DNA of 40,830 nt, taken from Jiangellaceae bacterium. GTDB taxonomy: Bacteria; Actinomycetota; Actinomycetes; Jiangellales; Jiangellaceae. Below the pieces are notes generated by a model. The model ran no database searches and had not been told where the DNA came from. It saw nothing but the letters and a program-made list of their open reading frames with translations. Each line of letters starts with the position of its first letter. The stretch's first letter is position 1. This document shows positions 16,244 to 24,131 of the stretch, piece after piece. Made by a program: the position numbers and the translations under genes. Location of the stretch: contig JBOGDU010000115.1 of the NCBI GenBank assembly GCA_050743145.1, positions 1-40,830 on the forward strand. The letters are read 5' to 3'.

Positions 16244-16606
16244 GTGGTGAGCAATCCGGACGTTCGGGTTCGCCGGGTCTACGACGAACCGTCCGACGAG
16301 GACGGCCGCCGGGTGCTGGTCGACCGCATCTGGCCACGCGGGCTGACCAAGGCCAGGGCCGACCTCGGCGAGTGGTGCAAGGAGGTCGCACCGTCGACTG
16401 CGCTGCGACAGTGGTACGGCCACGACCCCGCGAAGTTCGAGGAGTTCAGTCGCCGCTACCGAGCCGAACTCGAGGAACCCGGGCGGGCCGACGCACTGCG
16501 GCACCTTCGCGACCTGGCCGCGCGCGACCCGCTGACGCTGCTGACGGCCACCAAGCGCCCCGATATCAGCGAGGCCGCCGTCCTCGCCGATCTGCTGCGC
16601 CGCTGA
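16244..16606 (+). CDS. DUF488-family protein
   Basis: RVRRVYDEPSDEDGRRVLVDRIWPRGLTKA..WCKEVAPSTALRQWYGHDPAKFEEF. The start (GTG 16244 or 16247) is uncertain. Confidence 0.7.
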   Translation: MVSNPDVRVRRVYDEPSDEDGRRVLVDRIWPRGLTKARADLGEWCKEVAPSTALRQWYGHDPAKFEEFSRRYRAELEEPGRADALRHLRDLAARDPLTLLTATKRPDISEAAVLADLLRR

Positions 16607-16623
16607 CGTTCAGGCGAGCGAGA

Positions 16624-16652
16624 TTGACCTGGGCGGTGCTCTTGTCTATGTT
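16624..16652 (+). promoter_or_regulatory. Putative housekeeping-sigma promoter of pcaIJ (TTGACC-17 nt-TATGTT)
   Basis: TTGACC at 16624-16629, an exact 17-nt spacer, TATGTT at 16647-16652, about 80 nt upstream of ATG 16731. Confidence 0.4.
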
Positions 16653-16665
16653 CGTCAAGAGAACA
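16649..16665. promoter_or_regulatory. 17-bp dyad TGTTCG-TCAAG-AGAACA overlapping the -10; candidate IclR-type operator
   Basis: The inverted half-sites are TGTTC and GAACA. It is nested with CTCTTG(16639)-N11-CAAGAG(16661) and followed by the direct repeat ACATGCG (16663 and 16674). Confidence 0.4.
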
Positions 16666-16730
16666 TGCGTCCGACATGCGAACACGGCGGGACGGGGTCC
16701 CTTACAGCGCCCTGGGGAGACTGCTGACCG

Positions 16731-17546
16731 ATGGCTGAGTTGGTCTCGCTGGTCGAGGGCATCGCCGAACTCGTCCACGACGGTGACATGGTCGCCCTGG
16801 AGGGGTTCACTCACCTGATCCCCTTCGCCGCGGGTCACGAGATCATCCGGCAGGGGCGCCGTGATCTGACCCTCGTCCGGATGACTCCGGACATCGTCTA
16901 CGACCAGATCATCGGCATGGGGTGCGCCCGGCGCCTGATCTTCTCCTGGGGCGGAAACCCGGGTGTCGGTTCACTGCACCGGTTTCGCGACGCCGTGCAG
17001 AACGCCTGGCCAGGCCCGCTCGAGATCGAGGAGCACAGCCACGCAGGTATGGCCAACCGTTACGTGGCCGGGGCCTCCGGCCTCCCGTTCGCCGTCCTGC
17101 GCGGGTACGTGGGAACCGACCTCATTGCTCGCTCCGACGAGATCAGGCCGATCACCTGCCCGTTCACCGGCGAGTTGCTCACCGCTGTGTCCGCCCTTCG
17201 TCCGGACGTCACGATCGTGCATGCACAGTGTGCGGACCGCTCCGGGAACGTCCAGATGTGGGGGATCACGGGCGTCCAGAAGGAGGCCGTGCTTGCGGCG
17301 AAGCGCTCGCTGGTCACCGTCGAGGAGGTCGTCGACGAGCTCATACCGGCGCCCGACCAGGTGATCCTGCCCACCTGGGTGGTGACGGCCGTGGCCGAGG
17401 TGCCCGGAGGGGCCCACCCCTCCTACGCGATGGGCTACTCGGTGCGCGACAACGACTTCTACGTGGCGTGGGACGCCATCAGCCGCGACCGTGACACGTT
17501 CCTCGAGTGGATGCAGGACAACGTCGTCACCGGGAGCCGGGTGTGA
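16731..17546 (+). CDS. pcaI: CoA-transferase subunit A (3-oxoadipate:succinyl-CoA transferase-like)
   Basis: GDMVALEGFTHLIPFAAGHEIIRQG..LTLVRMTPD..GNPGVGSLHRF..GLPFAVLRGY. It pairs with subunit B through a GTGA overlap. An IclR regulator and a maleylacetate-forming pathway lie nearby. Confidence 0.7.
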   Translation: MAELVSLVEGIAELVHDGDMVALEGFTHLIPFAAGHEIIRQGRRDLTLVRMTPDIVYDQIIGMGCARRLIFSWGGNPGVGSLHRFRDAVQNAWPGPLEIEEHSHAGMANRYVAGASGLPFAVLRGYVGTDLIARSDEIRPITCPFTGELLTAVSALRPDVTIVHAQCADRSGNVQMWGITGVQKEAVLAAKRSLVTVEEVVDELIPAPDQVILPTWVVTAVAEVPGGAHPSYAMGYSVRDNDFYVAWDAISRDRDTFLEWMQDNVVTGSRV

Positions 17547-18319
17547 CCGCGACCTGGACCGCGGACGAGATGATGACCGTCGCTGCGGCGCGGCTCCTGC
17601 GGGACGGCACCTCGTGCTTCGTCGGCATCGGGCTGCCGAGCACCGCGGCGAACCTGGCCCGCTCGACCCATGCGCCGGGACTCGTTCTCGTTTACGAGTC
17701 CGGCTGCCTCGGTGCTAAGCCCGATCGACTCCCGCTCTCGATCGGGGACGGCATCCTGGCCGAGACGGCAGACACCGTCGTCGGCGTACCCGAGGTCTTC
17801 AACTACTGGCTGCAGCCGGGGCGCATCGACATCGGCTTCCTCGGTGCGGCCCAGATCGACCGGTTCGCGAACATCAACACCACCGTGATCGGCAGTGACT
17901 ACGCGGCGCCCGAGGTCCGGCTCCCTGGGGCCGGGGGCGCGCCGGAGATCGCCGCCTCGTGCCGGGAGGTCGTGGTCGTCGTCAGACAGAACCGGCGCAC
18001 GTTCGCTGATCGGGTCGACTTCGTCACATCGGTCGGCTTCGGCACCGGACGCGGGCACCGGGAGCGGCTCGGTCTCACGGGGTCGGGGCCGCGCCTGGTC
18101 ATCACCGACCTCGGCATCCTGGAACCCGATCCGATCACGTGTGAGCTCACCCTGACCCACGTGCATCCGGGTGTTCGGATCGACCAGGTTCGTGCCGCGA
18201 CGAGTTGGGACCTCACAGTGTCGGGATCAATCGCCGTGACGGAGCCGCCGAGCGAACACGAACTGGCCACCTTGCGGGCGCTGGAGTCGACGACGCATCG
18301 GGTCCGGGGTGCGGCGTGA
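17543..18319 (+). CDS. pcaJ: CoA-transferase subunit B
   Basis: The GTG 17543 start overlaps the subunit A stop. WTADEMMTVAAARLLRDG..CFVGIGLPS..GAAQIDRFANIN. Confidence 0.7.
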   Translation: MTATWTADEMMTVAAARLLRDGTSCFVGIGLPSTAANLARSTHAPGLVLVYESGCLGAKPDRLPLSIGDGILAETADTVVGVPEVFNYWLQPGRIDIGFLGAAQIDRFANINTTVIGSDYAAPEVRLPGAGGAPEIAASCREVVVVVRQNRRTFADRVDFVTSVGFGTGRGHRERLGLTGSGPRLVITDLGILEPDPITCELTLTHVHPGVRIDQVRAATSWDLTVSGSIAVTEPPSEHELATLRALESTTHRVRGAA

Positions 18320-18395
18320 GCACCGTAGCCTGTGCCTCGGGCCGCGAACCAGGGCGCGGCCGCCCGACCCGACCGTGGAGAACTGGGGTGCGCCG

Positions 18396-19214
18396 GTGAC
18401 CGACCGGGCAGGGGTGCGCGAGCCGGACTCGCGCGGCACGGACTTCGTCAAGTCGCTCGAGCGCGGGCTCGCGGTCATCCGCGCCTTCGACGCCGTGCAC
18501 GCTGCGTTGACCCTGTCGGAGGTGGCCCGCTCGACCGGGCTGACCAGGGCCGCCGCGCGCCGATTCCTGCTCACTCTGGTCGAGCTCGGCTACATGCGCA
18601 CCGACGGTCGGCTGTTCGCGCTGCGCCCACGCATCCTCGAGCTCGGCTACGCCTACCTGTCCAGCCTGAGCCTGCCCGAGGTTGCGCAGCCGCACATGGA
18701 GACGCTCGTCGCGCAGGTCCACGAGTCGTGCTCGGTCTCGGTCCTCGACGGCGACGAGGTCGTGTACGTCGCGCGCGTTCCGACCAAACGGATCATGGCC
18801 GTGGCGATCAGCGTCGGAACCCGGTTCCCGGCGCACGCCACCTCGATGGGGCGCGTCCTGCTGGCTCACCAGCCCGTGGAGTGGCTCGACCGGTACCTCG
18901 CCACGACCGAGCTGCGGCCCATGACCCGCCGGACGGTCACCGACCCCGGCAAGCTGCGCGGCATCCTCAACCGGGTCCGGGCCCAGGGCTACGCACTTGT
19001 CGACCAGGAGCTCGAGGAGGGCCTCCGGTCGCTCGCCGTGCCCATCCGCAACGGCACCGGGCTCCCGGTCGCGGCGATGAACGTGTCTGCGCACGCCAGC
19101 CGGGGCACGTCCGAGTCGATCCGCAGGGAGCTGCTCCCGCCTCTGCGGGAGGCAGCCCGACGGATCGAGGACGACCTCCGGGGCAGTGCGGCAGCGGCCA
19201 CCGGGTCGAGCTGA
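18396..19214 (+). CDS. IclR-family transcriptional regulator (PcaR-like)
   Basis: FVKSLERGLAVIRAF..LTLSEVARSTGLTRAAARRFLLTLVELGY HTH, and an effector domain with LDGDEVVYVARVP..GTRFPAHATSMGRVLLA. The start is approximate. Confidence 0.85.
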   Translation: MTDRAGVREPDSRGTDFVKSLERGLAVIRAFDAVHAALTLSEVARSTGLTRAAARRFLLTLVELGYMRTDGRLFALRPRILELGYAYLSSLSLPEVAQPHMETLVAQVHESCSVSVLDGDEVVYVARVPTKRIMAVAISVGTRFPAHATSMGRVLLAHQPVEWLDRYLATTELRPMTRRTVTDPGKLRGILNRVRAQGYALVDQELEEGLRSLAVPIRNGTGLPVAAMNVSAHASRGTSESIRRELLPPLREAARRIEDDLRGSAAAATGSS

Positions 19215-19240
19215 CAATGCATGACGGCGAGGGCGGGACG

Positions 19241-20131
19241 ATGACCGAGGGCGAGCCGACCTTCGACGACGTCGAGGATGTCCGGGCCCGGCTCGCCGGT
19301 GCCGGCTACCTGGCCGACGACGCCATCGCCACGACGGTGTTCCTCGCTGACCGGCTGAGCAAACCGCTGCTGGTGGAGGGGCCCGCGGGCGTCGGGAAGA
19401 CCGAACTGGCCAAGGCCGTCGCCGCTGCTGTCGGGGCGGGGCTGGTCCGGCTCCAGTGTTACGAAGGGCTCGACGAAGCCAGGGCGCTCTACGAGTGGAA
19501 CTACAAGCGGCAGCTCCTGCGCATTCAGGCCGCTCAGGCCGCCACCGACGACATGCGGTGGGAGGCCGTCCAGGATGACATCTTCACCGAGGAGTTCCTG
19601 CTCGCCCGGCCGCTGCTGACGGCGATCCAACGCTCCGAACCCACCGTGCTGCTCGTCGACGAGACCGACAAGGCCGACATCGAGGTCGAGGGCCTGCTGC
19701 TCGAGGTGCTGTCGGACTTCCAGATCACGGTGCCCGAGCTAGGCACCGTGACCGCCGTCCGGCGGCCGTTGGTCGTCCTCACCTCGAACGCCACACGTGA
19801 GCTGTCCGAGGCGCTCAAGCGACGCTGCCTCTACCTGCACATGGACTACCCCGACGCCGCGCGGGAGAAGGCGATCGTCCTGGCCCGCGTGCCGGAGGTG
19901 GCCGAACGGCTGGCCGAGCAGGTGGTCGCCACGGTCCGGGCGCTGCGGGCCATGGACCTGCGCAAGCCCCCCTCGATCGCCGAGACGATCGACTGGGCTC
20001 GCACGATGCTGGCCCTCGGGGTGGACACCCTCGACGAGACGGCCGCAGCGGCCACCCTCGGTGTCGTGCTCAAGCACCGCGCCGACCAGGCCCGTGCCGT
20101 CGGCCAGCTGCACCTGCCGCAGCGGGCCTGA
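19241..20131 (+). CDS. MoxR-family AAA+ ATPase (CoxD-like)
   Basis: Walker A GPAGVGKTEL, Walker B VLLVDETDKA, and LVVLTSNATRELSEALKRRC. The alternative start is ATG 19217. Confidence 0.85.
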   Translation: MTEGEPTFDDVEDVRARLAGAGYLADDAIATTVFLADRLSKPLLVEGPAGVGKTELAKAVAAAVGAGLVRLQCYEGLDEARALYEWNYKRQLLRIQAAQAATDDMRWEAVQDDIFTEEFLLARPLLTAIQRSEPTVLLVDETDKADIEVEGLLLEVLSDFQITVPELGTVTAVRRPLVVLTSNATRELSEALKRRCLYLHMDYPDAAREKAIVLARVPEVAERLAEQVVATVRALRAMDLRKPPSIAETIDWARTMLALGVDTLDETAAAATLGVVLKHRADQARAVGQLHLPQRA

Positions 20132-20250
20132 CCGCGGGCACGAGCTGTGACGAGTTCCGGCTGCAGGCACCAGTCGCCGGCAGATTGTCAGCGGCCTCCG
20201 ACGCCATCGTTCGGTGGGCAGGTCGACGAGCTCAGGGTTGGCCAGCCGGA

Positions 20251-21639
20251 CTATGCGATGCGGGCGACGCACTCGGTGAGCTGGCGCAGTGTCGACACCT
20301 CGAAGACGTCGGTGCAGTACATCTCGTAGAGGGCGAGATCGGAGTCCGCAAGGTTCCACTCGCCTCGAGGCTCCGGATCGAGCCAGTACAGCCGGCGCGA
20401 CCTGCGGGCGAGCTCGGCCATCGCCGGCGCCGCCGACCTCCGGTCGTGCGAACGCGCGTCGCCGCAGACGATCACGGTCGTCTTGGGCCCGACGGCGTCG
20501 GGCCAGGCCTGCAGGAACCTCTCGAAGGCGAGCGCGTAGTCGCTGCGGCCGTCTCGGGCCATCAGGCCACGGCGGTCGAGCAGGTGACGGGGGTCGAGCA
20601 CGCCGGGGGACGACTCCAGCACGTCGGTGATCTCGACGATCCCGTCGACGAACACGAAGGAACGCACCCGCCGGAACTCCTGGTGCACCGCGTGCAACAG
20701 AGCGAGCGTGAACGGCGCGAACTGGGCGGTCGAACCCGATACGTCGCACAGGACGACGAGGTCGGGCTTGGTCGGGTGTCGGCGCTTGAGGACGACGTCG
20801 ATCGGCACACCGCCCGTAGAGATCGACCGGCGCAGCGTGCGACGCATCTCGAGGGTGCCGCGGCCGCGGCGGCGGGCCCGGTGGCCCAGCCGGATCGCCA
20901 GCCGGCGGGCGAGCGGTCGGACGGCGCTGCGCAGTGCCGCCAACTCGTCGGGTCCCGCCCGGAGGAGCGGGGTGTCCTCGAGTGCGTCCGGTTGCGGCGG
21001 CGGCGCTCCCACCCGGTCGCCCAACGATGCGGCCACCAGTGCTTCGATCCGGCGACGGATCTCTTCCATCCGCGCATTCGCCGCCGCGGCATCGACGCCG
21101 CGCTGCAGGGCGTCCGATTCGGTGTCCGGCTGCAGGATGCGCCGGTACAGCCGGCCGAGATCGACGCCGCGGAGAACGCGCTGGACGTGGTGCTGCACCG
21201 AGCGACCGTCGGGTTCCCCGGCCCAGCGGTCCACGGCATCGCCGAGAATCCTGTCCACAGTTGCGTCGTCACCGGCGGTGATCGCCTCTGCAAGCAGGCC
21301 AGTCGTGTCCTCGTCGCGACCGGCGCCGGACGACAGCGGCGGCACCGCAGGCCGGTCCCGCCCGAGACCGTCGTGCGGCCGGAGGAACACAGCCTCGAAC
21401 GCGAGGTCGAAGACGTCGCCGTGCGCCGGATCCTTTACCAGGCTGGCCCGCAACGCGTCGCGCACCTGGCGACGACGGCCGAGATCGACCTGGGCGAGTG
21501 CGCGGACTGCGTCGATGGACTCGCCGGTCGACACCGGCAGGCCGCCTGCGCGCAACCGCCGGGCCAGGGCGAGTACAGGGCCGAGCACGGTGGACGGCAC
21601 ACCGCTGGTGTCGTACGCTTCGCGAACGATGGTCCGCAT
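20251..21639 (-). CDS. VWA-domain protein (CoxE-like)
   Basis: MIDAS motif VVLCDVSGSTAQF, and the C-terminal VIVCGDARSHD..RLYWLDPEPR. Start ATG 21639 is preceded by AAGG. The rest of the 851-aa ORF is rejected. Confidence 0.8.
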   Translation of the reverse strand: MRTIVREAYDTSGVPSTVLGPVLALARRLRAGGLPVSTGESIDAVRALAQVDLGRRRQVRDALRASLVKDPAHGDVFDLAFEAVFLRPHDGLGRDRPAVPPLSSGAGRDEDTTGLLAEAITAGDDATVDRILGDAVDRWAGEPDGRSVQHHVQRVLRGVDLGRLYRRILQPDTESDALQRGVDAAAANARMEEIRRRIEALVAASLGDRVGAPPPQPDALEDTPLLRAGPDELAALRSAVRPLARRLAIRLGHRARRRGRGTLEMRRTLRRSISTGGVPIDVVLKRRHPTKPDLVVLCDVSGSTAQFAPFTLALLHAVHQEFRRVRSFVFVDGIVEITDVLESSPGVLDPRHLLDRRGLMARDGRSDYALAFERFLQAWPDAVGPKTTVIVCGDARSHDRRSAAPAMAELARRSRRLYWLDPEPRGEWNLADSDLALYEMYCTDVFEVSTLRQLTECVARIA

Positions 21640-21663
21640 ATCGAACACCTTAGGGGGCGCTGG

Positions 21664-22416
21664 ATGCCTGCGCCAGAGGTCCTGTTCGACCTCGCACTGA
21701 CGCTTCATCCCGAGCACGACGCGTCTGCCCAGGACCACGCGGCCATCCTGGCGGGCCGCCTGGGCTACGGGGAGGTATGGCTGCCGGCCGGTGGAGAGTA
21801 CGGGTGGCCCGACCCGGGCCGGCTGGACGTCCTGGCCGAGGCGGCGGGCAGGGCGCGGGTCGGCCTGGTGGTGTCGGGCGGAGCGGCCGACGTTGCCGCC
21901 GCCTTGCGCTCCGGCCAGGGCCGTGATGCCCTCCTCGAGCTCGATGGCGCTTCGGACGACCTGATCGACGCGGTCGGCGGCGAAGCCGCCTGGGGCGAGC
22001 GGGCGCGGCTGCCCCGCTTCGACCCGGCTGCGGCGGGCACCGTCGTTGCCGCCGGCAGCCGTGCGGCCGTGCTGGACGGCATCCGGACAGCGGTCAGGGA
22101 CCGCTCGGCGGCAGGCGTGTCTCGGGAGCATCACCACGTCGTCGCAGCCGTCCCGGTGTCGATCGGCAGGACGTTCAGCGAGGCCGACGCGCGCGCGCGG
22201 CGCGACCCCCGCCTGTCCGGCGACCGCGATCCGCGTCGGGGCGGGCTGTTCGGCACGCACGAGCAGGCGCAGAGCCAGGCCCTCGACCTGGCTGCCGCCG
22301 GCGTGGACGTGGTGCGCGTGACCGTTGCCGACGAGGTCGACGTGGCCGATCTGCTGGCCCAGGTGCGCTCTCTCGTGGTCGGGGCGACGCCCGTCCTGCA
22401 CGCTCGGCGTACGTGA
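21664..22416 (+). CDS. Short LLM-class (luciferase-like) flavin/F420-dependent oxidoreductase-like protein
   Basis: LFDLALTLHPE..AAILAGRLGYGEVWLP N-terminus and a C-terminal FGTHEQAQSQALDLAAAGVDVVRV. RBS AGGGGG is 7 nt upstream. At 250 aa it is shorter than typical LLM proteins. Confidence 0.45.
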   Translation: MPAPEVLFDLALTLHPEHDASAQDHAAILAGRLGYGEVWLPAGGEYGWPDPGRLDVLAEAAGRARVGLVVSGGAADVAAALRSGQGRDALLELDGASDDLIDAVGGEAAWGERARLPRFDPAAAGTVVAAGSRAAVLDGIRTAVRDRSAAGVSREHHHVVAAVPVSIGRTFSEADARARRDPRLSGDRDPRRGGLFGTHEQAQSQALDLAAAGVDVVRVTVADEVDVADLLAQVRSLVVGATPVLHARRT

Positions 22417-22499
22417 GCCCACCACCGGAACTGTGCGCTCGGGCTGTTGACATCCGATGTGCCCCGCCGGAGGATGAGCGTGTTCACTGGGCGAATGAG

Positions 22500-22516
22500 T
22501 GTTCGCAGATCGCACA
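22500..22516. promoter_or_regulatory. 17-bp dyad TGTTCG-CAGAT-CGCACA upstream of the hydroquinone dioxygenase genes; candidate IclR-type operator
   Basis: It has the same architecture as 16649-16665. A weaker adjacent copy is TGTTCA-CTGGG-CGAATG (22481-22497). TTGACA at 22447-22452 is a possible -35. Confidence 0.35.
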
Positions 22517-22548
22517 CGCTCGGCGATTGTGATCAGGGGAGGCAGACG

Positions 22549-23085
22549 GTGACTCAGGGTGTTCGGACGCCGGCAGGGGCCTATGAGGCCGAGTCGTACG
22601 TCACCAGGTTCGGATCCCTCGACGGCTTCGACAAGGGCGGCGTTGAGATCATCAACGACGATCCACGCCACTACGCCTTCTCCAACGTGTTCGAGGTCGC
22701 GGCCACGTCGAAGCCGTACGAGAAGGTAGCGGTCGCCAAGAACATGGAGTACGTGCTCGAGGCGGTCCGCGCCGAAGGAATCAGTGCCTGGCGTACCGCC
22801 GCCCATGACGAGTTCGCACTGGTACTCGACGGCGAGGTCCTGACCGACCTGGTCAAGCTGAACGAGCCGCCGCTGGCGGCCGACGCAGCCGGTTCAGTTG
22901 CTCTCGACGGGGAACCCGACGGCCGACGCATGGGCAGGATCACCTGCCGGCGCGGCCACCAGGCGCTGCTCCCCGCGGGTGCCGCATACCGCTTCACCGC
23001 CGCGACACCGTCGGTGATCCTGCAGCAGACGCTGTCCGGCCCGGACACGTTGTACCGCTGGGCCGAGATCTGTCAGACCCGTTGA
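22549..23085 (+). CDS. Hydroquinone 1,2-dioxygenase small subunit (HapC/PnpC-like)
   Basis: RBS GGGGAGG is 6 nt before GTG 22549. The 178-aa product sits immediately upstream of the cupin-type large subunit, matching the two-subunit enzyme's gene order and size. Confidence 0.6.
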   Translation: MTQGVRTPAGAYEAESYVTRFGSLDGFDKGGVEIINDDPRHYAFSNVFEVAATSKPYEKVAVAKNMEYVLEAVRAEGISAWRTAAHDEFALVLDGEVLTDLVKLNEPPLAADAAGSVALDGEPDGRRMGRITCRRGHQALLPAGAAYRFTAATPSVILQQTLSGPDTLYRWAEICQTR

Positions 23086-23119
23086 CCGACGCCGCACGAA
23101 CCCGAGGAGCGAGCAGCCG

Positions 23120-24112
23120 ATGAGTGTCGAAACCGCACCCAGCGTCGAGGTCACGTCGACCGAGGCCAACGCGCACGGCTACCGCGAGTTCGCCCTTGGC
23201 GAGTTCCGGTTCCGGCGCGACGAGTTCTTCGCCTACATCTCCTGGCCCACCGGCTCTCACATCATGAGCGTCGACGCCTTCCTGCGCGCTCTTCAGCGGG
23301 ACGTGGCCTGGGACTTCTTCTACGGCATCGTCAACTTCGACGGCGTCTTCGGGACCATGAACCACTACGGCACGGTCGACATCTTCGCCGGTCGCTACAA
23401 CGACGCATACCGCAAGGCGGAGCTCGACTACTACGAGAACATAGAGACGCCGCTCATCCGCGAGACCTTCAAGGCCATGCTCGACGAGTGGACGAACGAC
23501 GGGTTCGACCCGTTCGCCTCGCCGCACGAGACCGGCTCCGCGTTCGGCATCCGGCACGGGTCCAACACCGAGGCGATCACCCGCCGTCGGGTCGCCGCAC
23601 AGCGCATGGTCAACGTGGCGGGTGACGAGGAGCTTCGCAACGACGGCAACGGGCACCCGATCAACCGCATGTTCGCCGACGTTCCCCAGGACGAGCCGGA
23701 GATCGAGGTCGAGCCGGGGTTCGAGGGCGAGGTGGCGGCCTTCAGCCTCTTCGCCTACCTGTCCCGGTCCCAGGTCACCTGGAACCCTTCCGTGGTGAGC
23801 GTGTGCAAGGACAGCCTGTTCTGCCCGACGACCGAGGAGTACATCCTCCCGATCATCCACGGCAACGACCGGGTTGAGTGGTTCGTCCAGCTCTCCGACG
23901 AGATCTACTGGGAGGTCGAGGACCGCGATGCCGGAGGCGTGCGCGCCCGAGTCGTCATGAAGCCCGGCGACGTGTCGGCGATGCCGGCCGACATCCGTCA
24001 CCAGGGGTACGCACCCAAGCGGTCCATGCTGCTGGTCTGGGAGAACGGTTCTCCCGACCTTCCCGAGCTCATCGCCAGCGGCAAGACCCCGACGTACCCC
24101 GTCGAGTTCTGA
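23120..24112 (+). CDS. Hydroquinone 1,2-dioxygenase large (catalytic, cupin) subunit (HapD/PnpD-like)
   Basis: 330 aa. IHGNDRVEW then, 41 residues later, IRHQGY gives an H-x-N-x3-E...H metal-ligand spacing. As I recall, this matches the PnpD iron ligands. The genomic context is consistent. Confidence 0.7.
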   Translation: MSVETAPSVEVTSTEANAHGYREFALGEFRFRRDEFFAYISWPTGSHIMSVDAFLRALQRDVAWDFFYGIVNFDGVFGTMNHYGTVDIFAGRYNDAYRKAELDYYENIETPLIRETFKAMLDEWTNDGFDPFASPHETGSAFGIRHGSNTEAITRRRVAAQRMVNVAGDEELRNDGNGHPINRMFADVPQDEPEIEVEPGFEGEVAAFSLFAYLSRSQVTWNPSVVSVCKDSLFCPTTEEYILPIIHGNDRVEWFVQLSDEIYWEVEDRDAGGVRARVVMKPGDVSAMPADIRHQGYAPKRSMLLVWENGSPDLPELIASGKTPTYPVEF

Positions 24113-24131
24113 CCTCCCGGCGAGCCGGGGC

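Noticed and set aside
18332-19216. N-terminal ~295 codons of the 599-aa ORF (18332..20131)
   Set aside because: This frame overlaps the IclR gene and the translation is an Arg/Pro/Gly-rich shadow. MoxR similarity starts at ATG 19217/19241.
20185-21663. First ~490 codons of the 743-aa plus-strand ORF (20185..22416)
   Set aside because: It is antisense to the VWA gene and has no recognisable domain. Only the last 250 codons, from ATG 21664 with its RBS, look like a real protein.
21640-22806. Upstream part of the 851-aa ORF (20251..22806, minus strand)
   Set aside because: It is antisense to the LLM-like gene, and its composition is the Arg/Gly/Pro-rich pattern typical of shadow frames in GC-rich DNA. 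VWA-protein similarity starts at ATG 21639, which has an RBS.
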